Positions 25,740-37,898 of a stretch of DNA of 64,000 bases are shown here, in pieces. The notes under the pieces are model-generated. The model searched no databases. It had not been told where the DNA came from and saw nothing but the letters and a program-made list of their open reading frames with translations. The stretch comes from Octopus vulgaris (lineage: Eukaryota), in NCBI GenBank assembly GCA_951406725.2, contig OX597818.1:21204001-21268000 (forward strand), written 5' to 3'. Positions within the stretch are counted from its first letter, which is position 1. Each line of letters begins with the position of its first letter. A program made the translations under genes and the position numbers.

Positions 25740-26226
25740 GAGTAAAATACATATATGGCTTAGGTAATTTGCATAATTAAGAGTGACCTGTCGCATGTTT
25801 TTGAACAACATAGACAATTGCAGGTATATTAAATAACACACAACATAAATTCCTGATTCATTAAAATTATCTCTATCCCCTAGGATGGGTCATAATTACT
25901 AAAAAGCAATTAAAATCAGCTTCATATGGTAAGGGGAGATGATCTAAAAAAAAATCAAGAATTCTCCAAATTTGATAGGTCATTAAAGAAAAGGACAGGC
26001 TTATAGGAGATAAGAGAAGAGTCTTAATTGCCATTTGGTAGTCACGACGCATCATCCTGAGGCAGAGATAATAAAATCAAGAATTTATGTTGTGTGGTAT
26101 TTAACAGACCTGTAATTGCCTATGTTTGTTGATCAAATACATTCCAACAAGCACTATGTTATTTCTCTTAGCTCATTTCTGCTTAAATTTTGCAAATTAC
26201 CTAGGCCATAAATGCACTCTACTCCA
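25740..26226. repeat. Old degenerate fold-back, related to the 2247 family
   Basis: atggcttaggtaatttgca...atctct vs agagat...tgcaaattacctaggccat. Confidence 0.6.
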
Positions 26227-26276
26227 TATATATGTGCATGTGTGTGTGTGTGTCTGATGATATATATGTATGTATG

Positions 26277-26570
26277 TGTATGGCTCAGTGGTTAGAGCAT
26301 TGAGCTTATGATCAGGAGGTTGTGAGTTTGAATCCCGGACTGGGCTGCGTGTTGTTCTTGATTAAGACACTTTATTTCACGTTGCTCCAGTTCACTCAGC
26401 TGTAGAAATGAGTTGCGACGTCACAGGTGCCAAGTTGTATCAGCCTTTGCCTTTCCCTTGGATAACCCTGGTGGTGTGGAGAGGGGAAGCTGGTATGCAT
26501 GGGCGACTGCTGGACTTGTGCCTGGGAGGGTAACTTTCTAGGTGCAATCCCATGGTCAGTCATGACCAAA
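26277..26570 (+). mobile_element. tRNA-derived SINE (related copy 63398-63645 +)
   Basis: tggctcagtggttagagc A box, gtttgaatccc B box, tttcacgttgctccagttcactcagctg body. Confidence 0.75.
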
Positions 26571-26664
26571 GATATATATATAGATATCTATATAGGTATA
26601 TATATGAATGTATGATATGTATGTATGTATGCATGCATGCATGTATATGTGTATGTATGTGTGT

Positions 26665-27027
26665 GTAAAAGCACCGTCCGTTCGTGGCCGTTTGCCAGCT
26701 CTGTCTGGCCCCGTGTCGGTGGCACGTAAAAGCACCATCCATTCGTGTCCGTTGCCAGCATCACCTGGCCCCGTGCCGGTGACACGTAAAAGCACCATCC
26801 GTTCGTGGCCGTTGTGCCAGCTCTGTCTGGCACCTGTGCAGGTGGCACGTAAAAAACACCCACTACACTTGCGGAGTGGTTGGCGTTAGGAAGGGCATCC
26901 AGCCGTAGAAACACTGCCAAATCTGACTGGGCCTGATGAAGCCTTCCGGCTTCACAGACCCCAGTTAAACCGTCCAACCCATGCTAGCATGGAAAACGGA
27001 CGCTAAATGATGATGATGATGATGATG

Positions 27028-27028
<1 letters not shown>
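26665..27028 (+). mobile_element. RTE 3'-tail fragment
   Basis: Same tail and tandem units. Confidence 0.85.
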
Positions 27029-27061
<33 letters not shown>

Positions 27062-27119
27062 ATATATGTGTATATATATGTATGTATGTGTGTGTGTGTG
27101 TATGTATATATATATATAT

Positions 27120-27418
27120 GTTGTTGTTTGTTCCTTCTCAAGCCACGCCTGGCTCATAGTGCCGGTTTCTCGGTTTCCTAAGCACATAGGTTCCCCACCT
27201 AGACAGGACGCCGGTCCATCGCAGGTGAGCTGCAAGATGCAGGAGGAAAGAGTGAAAGAAAGTTGTGGCAAAAGAGTCAGCAGTAGTTCGCCATTACCTT
27301 CTGCCGGAGCTGCGTGGAGCTTAGGTGTTTCGCTCATAAACACACACATCGCCCAGTCTGAGATTCGAACCTGTGATCCGAGTCCTCTGCTCTAACCACT
27401 AGGCCATGTACCTCCACT
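27120..27418 (-). mobile_element. tRNA-derived SINE with (ACA)n tail
   Basis: Minus: tggcctagtggttagagc A box, ggttcgaatctc B box. Confidence 0.75.
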
Positions 27419-27443
27419 ATATATATATATATATATATGTATA

Positions 27444-27496
<53 letters not shown>

Positions 27497-27682
27497 ATTT
27501 TTCCCTTATTAACAATTAACATAGAAAAAATAGATAAATAGTTACCAGGGTAGCAAAAAAAATCACACAAGTAAAAAGGGTGCAGCTTCTTGTTTCTAAA
27601 GGTAGAAACTCCAAGTTTACATGAAATATTTTGTATAATATATAAATAGAGTTAAATGCAGGTGTTATTCAAATTCTTTTAA

Positions 27683-27765
27683 TTCCGACACATTTCGAAG
27701 ATATCACTGGTATTATTCCAAAAGAATAAAATGGTGTAAAACAATGTAATCTTCGCTTCAGGGAA
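27683..27765 (-). ncRNA. Hammerhead ribozyme (left arm of fold-back)
   Basis: Minus: ttcc-CTGAAGC-gaagat...atcttc-GAAA-tgtg-TC-ggaa. Confidence 0.75.
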
Positions 27766-28104
27766 ATGAAGAAATGAAACTCGTCAATAAGACATTTTAA
27801 CAGAATATGATGGATATGTATAGTGATTAACTGAACGATATTAAGTTTATTTAAAAAAAAACGTTAGAAAATATAACGTCAAAGGTAGGCTATAGAAAGT
27901 GGAGGGGTAAAGGAAGCATGCTTCTTAACCACACAGCCATGCAGTCAAACAGACTTTCCTTTACCCCTCCTCTTTCTATAGGCTATCTTTGACGTTATAT
28001 CCTCTAACGATATTTTAAAACAAACTTAATAGCGTTCAGTTAATCACTATACATATCCATCATATTTGGTTGAAATGTCTTATTGACAAGTTTCATTTCT
28101 TCAT

Positions 28105-28186
28105 TTCCTTGAAGAGAAGATTACATTGTTTTACACCATTTAATCCTTTGGAATAATACCAGTGATATCTTCAAAACGAGTCGGAA
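28105..28186 (+). ncRNA. Hammerhead ribozyme (right arm of fold-back)
   Basis: ttcc-TTGAAGA-gaagat...atcttc-AAAA-cgag-TC-ggaa; consensus with the left arm is CTGAAGA...GAAA-cgNg-TC. Confidence 0.7.
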
Positions 28187-28223
28187 GTAAAAGAATTTGA
28201 ATAACACCTGCGTTTAACTCCAT

Positions 28224-28255
<32 letters not shown>

Positions 28256-29211
28256 GTGTGTGTGTGTGTGTATATATGTATGTATGTGTGTATGTACTTA
28301 TCTATGTGTATATATGTGTGTGTATATATGTATATAAATATATATATATGCATGTAGAGTATGTATGTGTGTGTGTGTGTAACCTATTGTTCATTTAATG
28401 TTCTCTTATTCGTGATTGAATGGTAGAGCAGATGAAATTTATTGAAGCAAATTTTCAATGTGACAAATATCCTTCCTATTGCCAACCCTCACCTACTTCC
28501 AAGCAAAGTAATATTTCATGAGAGAGAACAGAAAAATGAACAGCATCAATTGTATGACAGTGATGCTTATTTACCATTATCACATGATGTAAAAACAAGG
28601 GGTACATATATAAATATATATAAACATATACAACACACTTCTTTCAGTTTCCGTCTACCAAATCCACTCACAAGGCTTTGGTCAGCCCAAGCTATAGAAG
28701 ACACCCATCCAAGGCGTCATGCAGAGGGGACCACATGGTTGGAAGCAAGCTTCTTAACCACACAGCCATGCAGTCAAACAGACACATTATGGTTAAAGAA
28801 AAGAAAGTTTCCTTTCAAACCATGTAGTTTTGGGTTCAATCCTACTGTACAGCACCTTGAGTGCATGACTTCTATAACCCTGGGCCAATCAAAGCCTTGT
28901 GAGTGAATGGAACCTTGGTATATGGAAGCTGAAAAAGACTTCTCATATGTATACCTCTGTGTGTGCGTGCACGCGTGCGTGTGTATTCATGTTTGTGTGT
29001 GTGTGTGTGTGTGCATGTGTGTATCATTACTTCCATACTATGGTTTCATGCTAAAATCCAGGAATTTGGATTTTGTCATCTTCAGTCAGCTTTGGTAAAA
29101 ATGTTTGCATCAAAAGTCAATATAGAATGATGCTATGGTGAGAGCATATTGTGGACTTTGATGTGTTACACAGAAAAAAGCAATGTCTAACCACACTATT
29201 TATACATACAC

Positions 29212-29415
29212 TCATTTGTTTAAATGATATCTCTTCTGATGTTCTTTCAAATCTGCCTCGTTGTTGAAGGTTTGCTGACAAACTAAACATTCATAGTTTC
29301 TAACAGTGCTCGTCGGTGCACAATCGACTCGCAGCTCAGAAGGTTGACGGCATGGCTTAGAATGCAGTTGACTTGCAGTAGAACAGCTTCTGCTGGGGGA
29401 TGCCATCATAGTATT
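29212..29415 (-). CDS. Terminal coding exon 5 with C2H2 finger (YECLVCQQTFNNEADLKEHQKRYH) and TGA stop
   Basis: tttacag acceptor; in frame with exon 4; C-x2-C-x12-H-x4-H with conserved F and L. Confidence 0.85.
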   Translation of the reverse strand, partial: NTMMASPSRSCSTASQLHSKPCRQPSELRVDCAPTSTVRNYECLVCQQTFNNEADLKEHQKRYHLNK

Positions 29416-29889
29416 CTGTAAATGTAAAAAAAAAAATTTTTTTTAAATTAACAAAGGAAATAAGTCCCCAGTATTGACACCTTAGAATTTAAACTGGCCA
29501 TATCCAACCCAAATACTCTACCCATTTTCTGTTCAAACCAGCTAGAATCTGGTCCCTCACACCTACCCTACAATCATTCTAAAAATAAACAATCACACCA
29601 TTGAAATCTCAATGCTATGAGATAATGCATGATTAATTAAAAACAATGTAAACAAATAAGCATTACATTTGAAAGGGTAATATGAATGCTAAAGGTTCTA
29701 TCTAAATGTAAAGACTGAAGTGTTTGCTTAGAAATAGAAAGAGATAACAGAAGTGTATCATTAGGTTGGGCTGGTTGTCTGCCATAGTAAGGTTGTGGAA
29801 AGACAAGGTGTAGTAATTTTGATGACATAGTTTATAGAGTAGAATAATTGGAGGTAGTATCAACAGAATATAATGATATATAATGATCT

Positions 29890-30770
29890 TATTGTATACA
29901 GTGTTCAGGTGCACTACAACTCATCAGGAAAAGTAACCAAAACTGCATGAACAGTACATAGAGTATGCACAGGAAATGAACAGTGAAAAAGTCTTTAAAA
30001 AAATGGAAGAAGAAACAAGGGTGGGGGCATCGGGTGTACTGTTGGAGAATTTCAGATCAGACTGGGCCTGGTGCAGCCATCTGGCTTCCCAGACCCCAGT
30101 TGAACCGTCCAACCCATGCTAGCATGGAAAGCAGACATTAAACGATGATGATGATGATGATGGAAGTTTTGAAGGATGTAGTATCTCAACTACTAACAAC
30201 TGATGTAGGTATTTTATTCTATGGTTCAGCAATCCTGAGCATGAAAAAATGTTTCCAAAAGCCATGGGTGCTGTGTTGTTTTTTGATTTTGTAAGCATGT
30301 CCATGAGTGTTAGATGTATGGAATTCAAAAAGATACCCAAGGTTGTTGTTGGAAAGATGATTGATAATCTTGTGGGTATCTACCAAGTCAGTTGCCAGAT
30401 GTCAACGTTAATGTGTCCATGCCCAGGGAAGCAAGATGTTCAGAGTATGGTAGATGCCTGATGGCTGGTATTCCTTTGGTTGCATGTTTCTGAACAGTTT
30501 TCAGGAGATTGATATGCTGAGCAAGATAGGGGTTCCAGACTGGTGATACAAACTCTAAGTATGGACATACCATAGTCATGTACAACTTTAAACAGATAGC
30601 TGGAGAGCAGCTGACAAAGGTCTTACTGAGTAATGCTAAGACACCTTAAGCCTTCTTGACAATCTTAGAGATGTGGTTTATCCAATGCAGATTACTGTTG
30701 TCAATAATATCCAGATCACATTTACTGATATACTTGTTAAGATTGGTGTTGTTGGGGGAGTATGTAAAAG
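29890..30770 (-). mobile_element. CR1-like LINE 3' fragment
   Basis: PYLEFVSPVWNPY..INLLKTVQKHATK..LPYSEHL. Confidence 0.75.
30052..30162 (+). mobile_element. RTE 3'-tail fragment nested in CR1-like relic
   Basis: Same tail. Confidence 0.8.
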
Positions 30771-30979
30771 GTGGTGGAGGTGATTTGAAAGCAATACTCC
30801 ATGTGAGTCTCACCTACCAGTAGTAGTTGCCAAGTTCTTCAAATAATCACCAACAGTTTTAAAAATAGAAACACATATTCAGAACCAGCTTGGAGCTAAA
30901 CAACAAGAATAACAACAAAATGACACAGCCTAGTGGAGTTTGGGCCAACATATGAGTATGGAGATATGAGTATGGAGAT

Positions 30980-31218
30980 ATGCCGATGGCACGTAAAAAG
31001 CACCAATCCGATTGTGGCCATTGCCAGCCTCGCCTGGCACATAAAAAGCACCCACTACACTCACAGAGTGGTTGGCGTTAGGAAGGGCATCCAGCTGTAG
31101 AAGCACTGCCAGATCAGACTGGAGCCTGGAGCAGCCTTCTGGCTTCCCAGATCTCCGGTCGAACCATCCAACCCATGCTAGCATGGAGAACGGACGTTAA
31201 ACGATGATGATGATGATG
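30980..31218 (+). mobile_element. RTE 3'-tail fragment
   Basis: Same tail. Confidence 0.85.
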
Positions 31219-31270
31219 AGTGACCAAGAAGGATGCAGTAGAGCAGGATAAAAAATTACTGTTCACTTAC

Positions 31271-31354
31271 AAGTGTTCCAGTCACCATGTTTAATTGTTT
31301 CAAATGATTACATTCTTCTTTCTCAGACTTCAAGTCTTGCATTACTTTATCCAG
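31271..31354 (-). CDS. Coding exon 4 (LDKVMQDLKSEKEECNHLKQLNMVTGTL)
   Basis: tgcag acceptor, 84 nt, CTT|gtaagt donor; phase 0/0. Confidence 0.85.
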
Positions 31355-31761
31355 CTGCATGATGGGAAGAAAAACAAAAGAAGGGTTAAGATTTCAGAAA
31401 ACTATAATAATAATAATAATAATAATGCACACATATAGAAAGTCAAAAACAAACTATGTGTGTGTGTGTTTGTATCATCATTGTTTTTAATGTTCACTTT
31501 TCCATGCTGGTATGAGTTGGATTGAATTTGTTGAGGTGTACTTGTAATGATCGTTGCTGGATATGGGTTTGGAGATGTAAAATAATGAATAGTGGGTGAC
31601 AAGAGACAAAAGGTTGAGAAATACTTGGCTAAACAATAACACCATATTCATAATATTCTTTAAATGACCCTCCCTCCCACGCACACACTGCTTCAAAGAT
31701 AATCAACTCCTCAGACACAGGGAAGGAAAATCTCCAAATAAGAAACAATATATTTATTTAC

Positions 31762-31818
31762 CTTCTCATAGAGTTCTTTGATTATTTCTTCAGAATCTTT
31801 CAGTTTCATTTCTAGTTT
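31762..31818 (-). CDS. Coding exon 3 (KLEMKLKDSEEIIKELYEK)
   Basis: Pyrimidine tract + tttcaag acceptor, 57 nt, AAG|gtaaat donor; coiled-coil composition. Confidence 0.8.
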
Positions 31819-32166
31819 CTTGAAAGAAAAAAATAACAAAACATAATCAATATTTTCCATAAACAAGTGATAAGCTGTTATTGTAGTTTAGCTGCAGCTC
31901 AGGTCTGATTAAGCATACCTAAGACTTAAGGCTTTCCAGTCATGACAATCAGGTCTTATTGTTCACCTATGACTACACAATACCAACACTTCTTTTTTAA
32001 GACAGGTTGAGTGACCACATAGAGGCTGCTTCATTGGCTTGAGGACAATAAGTTAGCAAAAATGGTAAACACCGAACTAAAATACTTTTTTTAACTATCA
32101 TTGAGGCAACTGGACTAAGAACTGACCCTAGATTAGGATGGAAAGTGATGAATTTTAATGAATTAC

Positions 32167-32262
32167 CTTGCAGTCTTCTTGTTTTGCATCATAAGCAGAA
32201 GCCAAACAACGTAGCATATCTTCATATTCTAATGCTTCTGTTGTCTGCACACAAGCATCAAA
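32167..32262 (-). CDS. Coding exon 2 (FDACVQTTEALEYEDMLRCLASAYDAKQEDCK)
   Basis: ttttcag acceptor, 96 nt open, AAG|gtaatt donor; phase 0/0. Confidence 0.85.
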
Positions 32263-33694
32263 CTGAAAAATAAATGATTTTTTTTTAATTAAGCAAAATA
32301 ATACAATAACAATGTTTTCCCCTATAAATTATTGATGTTGAAAGTGATAAGTTACATATGGCATAAAGCCCCTAAACTCTTAAGCATCACCAGTTCAAAT
32401 ATTCCTATGGTATTCCCTGCGTGTGGCATTTACTCTAATATCTCATTTCAGGATTGAAAGATTTCATAATGCTACAGAAATCCATTTGTTTTCACCAGGG
32501 GTAGAGAAACCCCCAACCACAGACACAATTGCGCCTGTGAACCCATTTTATTGTGCCCACAGGCTGATATACTCATATGTACAAAATATAGTAAATTTTT
32601 CAATCAAAATTTATACAATATTCGTACACCTATTTGCAACATAGGTCACATTTCCACTACGACTTAAAATGGTCAGAAATCATCTAGTAATTGCCATTTG
32701 AATGGAAATTTCGTTTTCACTATAAAACACATATTGCTAGGTTTATACCACCCCTTTCAGACCCAACTACACTTTAGCTGAAAGAAATAGAATACTTTAT
32801 AAGTAATATAAACGTCCTAAATTCAGTGGCAGCATTAATGAAGATGTAACGCATTAATTTAATGTGTTAAACTTATCTTTCTTAATGAATATCAAATTAT
32901 ACATAGATATATACAAGATTTACACAGATATAAGAGTTAGAACCTGTGATCCACCTGCAGACCTTTTTCTTAGAAAATTTTTGCCCACCACACTAAAGTT
33001 TCCCCACCCCTGGTTTAGACAAATAAAGTGAGAAAAAGAGAGAAAAATTGAAGATGATGATGAAAGGTAAAAGGGAGAAAGAAAAGGAAGTATGACAGTA
33101 AGGTGGGGATGAACAATGACTAGGATGATAGAGTGGGAAGAAGAGAGAGATAGAAAGAAACAGTGTGTTAGAAGAATAATGGGGAAGAGGTAGTAAAGGC
33201 AAGGGTATCTATAAAAACAGCCAAACATTAATAGAAGAATCACTCAATACATTTAAATAGAGTACTATGTTTATTTTCATCAGATGGTGAAGCCAATAAC
33301 CAGTAAAACTAAGTCATTGTCAACATTTTCCTTGTGAAGATATATCACCATTATTATTTTAATGGCCACTTTTCCATGCTTGCATGGGTCAGATGGAGCT
33401 TATTGAGGCAGATTTTCTATGACCTTCCTGTTGCTAAACCTTACCCATTTCCAAGCAAGGTAATATTTTCTCATAGCCAGACATGTGTTCACAGAATACT
33501 GGAAATGAATGACATTTATTTACAACAATCATGTGATGTCAAGACAAGGAATCACAAACACACACTTGCGCACATATACACATATAAACAACAGGCTTAT
33601 TTCAGTTTCCATCTACCATATCCACTCACAAGACTTTGGTCAGCCCAGGGCTATAGTAGGAGACACTTGCCAATGTTGAACTGAGCCTGAAACC

Positions 33695-36013
33695 ATCATC
33701 ATCCTCCTCATCATCCTCATTTAACGTCCGCTTTCCATGCTAGCATGGGTTGGACGGTTCAACTGGAGTCTGGGGAGCCCGAAGGCTGCACCAGGCCAGT
33801 CAGATCTGGCAGTGTTTCTACAGCTGGATGCCCTTCCTAACGCCAACCACTCCAAGAGTGTAGTGGGTGATTTTATGTGCCACCGACACAGGTGCCAGAC
33901 GAGGCTGGCAGACGGCCACGCTCGGATGGTGTTTTTATGTGCCACCGACACAAGTGCCAGATGAGGCTGGCGAACGGCCACGATTGGATGGTGTTTGTTA
34001 CGTGCCCACAGCACGGAGGCCAGTCGATGCGGTACTGGCTACGGCCACGTTCGGATTGTTTTGTTTTCTTGTGTGCCACCAGCACTGGTACCACAAAGAT
34101 ACAAATTCCATTGATGTTCATCTATTTTGATTTGGTTTGATTTTCACTTGCCTCAACAGGTTTTCACAACTGTCACACACTTGCCTCAACAGGTCTTCAC
34201 AAGTGTCACATACTTGCCTCAACAGGTCTTCACAAGTGTCATAAGAAGGAAGGTATGCACAGGTAGACTGACTACGTCCCAGGTAGGGGCCACGGGTTAT
34301 GGCCTGACTAGTCTTGCCGGGTCTTTGGATGGTGTTTTTATGTGCCACCAACACAGGTGCCAGATGAGGCTGGCGAACGGCCACGATCGGATGGTGTTTG
34401 TTACGTGCCCACAGCACGGAGGCCAGTCGATATGGTACTGGCTACCGCCATGTTCGGATGGTTTTCTTGTGTGCCACCGGCATTGGTACCACAAAGATAC
34501 AAATTCCATTGATGTTCATCTATTTTGATTTATTATGATTATGATTATGATTATGATTATTATTATTATCACTTGCCTCAACAGGTCTTCACAAGTGTCA
34601 TTTGATTTGATTAGCACTTGCCTCAACAGGTCTTCACAAGTGTCATAAGAAGGAAGGTATGCACAGGTGGACTGACTACGTCCCAGGAAGGGGCCACGGG
34701 CTATGGCCTGACTAGTCTTGCCGGGTCTTCGGACAGGTGCCAGATGAGGCTGGCGAACGGCCACGATCGGATGGCGTTTGTTATGTGCCCACAGCACGGA
34801 GGCCAGTCGATGCGGTACTGGCTACAGCCACGTTCGGATGGTTCTCTTGTGTGCCACCGGCACTGGTACCACAGAGATACAGATTCCATTGATGTTCATC
34901 TATTTTGATTTGTTTTGATTTTTTGATTTGTTGATTTGTTGATTTTCACTTGCCTCAACAGGTCTTCACAAGTGTCACAAGAAGGAAGGTATGCACAGGT
35001 GGACTGACTATGTCCCAGGTAGGGGCCACCACGATCGGATGGTGTTTGTTATGTGCCCACATCACAGAGGCCAGTCGATGCGGTACTGGCTACAGCCACG
35101 TTCGGATGGTTTTCTTGTGTGCCACTGGTACTGGTACCACAAAGATACAAATTCCATCTATTTTGTTCATCTATTTTGATTTGGTTTGATTTGATTTTCA
35201 CTTGCCTCAACAGGTCTTCACAAGTGTCACACACTTGCCTCTGCCTCAACAGGTCTTCACAAAGTGTCACACACTTGCCTCTGCCTCAACAGGTCTTCAC
35301 AAGTGTCACACACTTGCCTCAACAAGTGTCACACACTTGCCTCAACAATTGTCACACACTTGCCTCAACAGGTCTTCACAAGTGTCATAAGAAGGAAGGT
35401 ATGCACAGGTGGACTGACTACGTCGCCGGGTCTTCGGATGGTGTTTTTATGTGCCACCGACACAGGTGCCAGATGAGGCTGGCGAACGGCCACGATCGGA
35501 TGGTGTTTGTTGTGCCCACAGCACGGAGGCCAGTCGATGCGGTACTGGCTACGGCCACGTTCGGATGGTCTTCTTGTGTGCCACCGGTACTGGTACCACA
35601 AAGATACAAATTCCATTGATGTTCATCTATTTTGATTTGGTTTGATTTTCACTTGCCTCAACAGGTCTTCACAAGTGTCACACACTTGCCTCAACAGGTC
35701 TCCACAAGTGTCACACACTTGCCTCTGCCTCAACAGGTCTTCACAAGTGTCACACACTTGCCTCAACAGGTCTTCACAAGTGTCATAAGAGGGAAGGTAT
35801 GCACAGGTGGACTGACTACGTCGCCGGGTCTTCGGATGGTGTTTTTATGTGCCACCGACACAGGTGCCAGATGAGGCTGGCGAACGGCCACGATCGGATG
35901 GTGTTTGTTGTGCCCACAGCACGGAGGCCAGTCGATGCGGTACTGGCTACGGCCACGTTCGGTTGGTATTCTTGTGTGCCACCGGCACTGGTACCACAAA
36001 GATACAATTCCAT
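33695..36013 (-). repeat. Higher-order tandem array of the RTE 3' UTR (six ~270-460 bp units) in the host intron
   Basis: Marker gataca near 34098, 34497, 34877, 35143, 35603, 36001; internal ~31-bp sub-repeat cacacttgcctcaacaggtcttcacaagtgt. Confidence 0.9.
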
Positions 36014-36437
36014 GTTTGGAAACAAACTTCTTAAACACACAGCCATATAGCACTCTGATCATTTTTATATCTGCTTTCCAGACTGGCATGAGTTGGCTGT
36101 GTAATCACAATCCAAGTTCTTTCTTATTGGGAGCAACTACCCTCAAACACTGGGGTTTGTGTGACTTTGGTTTAGCTTCCAAAGCTAGATACCCTTTCTA
36201 GATACCTTTCTATTGTCAAACACTTTACAGAGTGTACCAGTTGTTTTTTCTCGTGACACCAACACAAGGGAGATTGTGAAGCCCTCAATGACAGAGGAGT
36301 AAGGAACCTCTCAATCTTACTTTTCTTCTAGTCACCAATCACTCTAGATTGTGTGTAGGGTGCCAAGCATAAAAGATAGGATGCCTTGTACATTGTATGT
36401 GTAGGGAATACTCAGTAACCTCTGACATATGTATTTA

Positions 36438-37410
36438 CTAGCTGACATACCTGGTAATTCCTGGAAAAGTGGGGCTTATCCCTTGGTTCTGTTCTCATAA
36501 TTGTTTCACTAATCCAATAACAATACAAAGTATGTAGCCCTAAAAACGGTTTTTGTGCATTTACAGAGAATACTGAACTGTCTTAGGAATTCCCAAATTG
36601 TGAAGTCAGTTATGTAATAACCAAATGTGGAATTGCCTTGACCTCCCATAGCTTGATCTTGTGTGTCCAGGTCAAGTAATGCCTCATTGTAAGTGGCATT
36701 ATTGTACATGGCAATTTCCGCTGAGGTTTGCCTTTGAATCCTTTCTAGATGTCCTCTGCTATGCTGGTTTTGTGGACTGCCCAAGCTTGTGAGGTTCATG
36801 CAAGCCACATGTCATCAATATGATAGAAAATAGCTGGTGCAGTTGACTTAGTGCTGCGCTGACTCCTCCAGTGTCTGGTCCCAGTGAGCATTGTCCTCCG
36901 GTAGTCCATGTTTGGCGTAGGCTTCTCTATAGGTCATGCAGACTTCCCATTGTGTCTGATAGGGTGTAGCAGTAGATGCAGAAAGAAGCACTCCTGCCAA
37001 TTAGGGTGCACAATATACACCCGCCCAATGGACCCACTTCTGAAGACAGCATCTTCTTCCCAGCCCTCAAGGTGTGTTCCTTGCTTGTGTCTCTTCCATC
37101 TATTCTGTGCCCAGGTAGAGTACACGGGGACCTCTACATACAACAGTGTTCAGGCAAACAGATCACATTGACATAATTTGAAGAGAGCTGTCAAAGTGGT
37201 TTCTGGTGGATTCAGAACTACGTTTCGAGCATTGTCTTCTGTGAAATATACATGCTGGCCGTTTTCAAGATAAACAGATAAATTTTAAGGTGTTCCTACA
37301 TGTAAACAGGGTGTGACTTTTGTGCTGACAGTGCATTTGTCTAAAAGCAGAACAGTTCTTCATGCAGCGCTTGTCAATTGACTGAAGTGACATGAAAGGC
37401 ATAGTCATTC
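36438..37410 (-). mobile_element. Helitron Rep/Hel fragment with 3' end
   Basis: TTLTALF..LLYVEVP..W..WKR.KQG..GRVYIVHP..E.FFL.LLL; 3' CTAG at 36438-36441 on the same strand. Confidence 0.8.
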
Positions 37411-37724
37411 ATAGTATATTCATGAATAAGTCACTAACCGAAATAAGTGGATCTATTGTTTAGAAAAATACTATTTATTTGTTTAAGGGTTATACAGGAT
37501 AAATTGCGAAAATAACTAACAGTTCAAATACTAAGAAATAAGCATACTCAATTTAATTTATATGAAATCATGTTAGCTAACAACTCCACAAACAAACACA
37601 CCCAAATACAGAATTTTCCACATATGTAAATGTGCATACACACACGCACACACATACACACACACACAGAAGTAGGTAAAGATAGAAAGGAAAAAGAAAA
37701 TTAAAAATTTAAACTGTAACCTAC

Positions 37725-37898
37725 CTTAACAGGTTTTTCAGAAAAATTCTTACAGGAGTCTATTATTTTCCTCAGATTTGTCATTTCATCTAAAAGAGCA
37801 ATATATGACTGATAACTGACACTAGTTTTTTCACTCAAGGAATCTTCACAAGTTGGATAATGAATATCTTCCAAAGTTTCGGGAGTCTTGCAGGCCAT
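37725..37898 (-). CDS. Coding exon 1 of a 204-aa coiled-coil/C-terminal C2H2 zinc-finger protein (MACKTPETLE...SEKPVK)
   Basis: Acceptor ttcag ends at 37906, 7 nt of UTR, ATG at 37898; 58 codons; donor AAG|gtaggt at 37724; phase 0. Confidence 0.8.

Larger units (their letters stand above)
27498..28225. mobile_element. Fold-back element with a hammerhead in each arm
   Basis: Arms ~27650-27915 and 27956-28222; microsatellite-flanked. Confidence 0.85.

Noticed and set aside
25880-26065. Hammerhead remnant GA-cgca-TC in the old fold-back
   Set aside because: All local copies lack GAAA and no 5' core was found.
26277-26350. tRNA gene (also 27345-27418, 51243-51315, 63398-63470)
   Set aside because: A/B boxes run into SINE bodies; no closed acceptor stem.
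29890-29932. CTGATGA on the minus strand
   Set aside because: No stem I or II complementarity and no GAAA; part of the CR1-like 3' end.
30817-30896. Extra minus-strand exon between exons 4 and 5
   Set aside because: Plausible splice sites, but a TGA falls in the required frame.
34145-34222. Minus-strand GTGAAGA-cct-gttg-agg in the 31-bp sub-repeat as a hammerhead
   Set aside because: No GAAA or cleavage triplet follows, and G3/G8 cannot pair; it is only a bulged hairpin.
33721-36089. Many overlapping ORFs and CRISPR-like regular repeats
   Set aside because: GC-rich RTE 3' UTR units; the spacers are themselves repeated, there are no cas genes and the context is eukaryotic.
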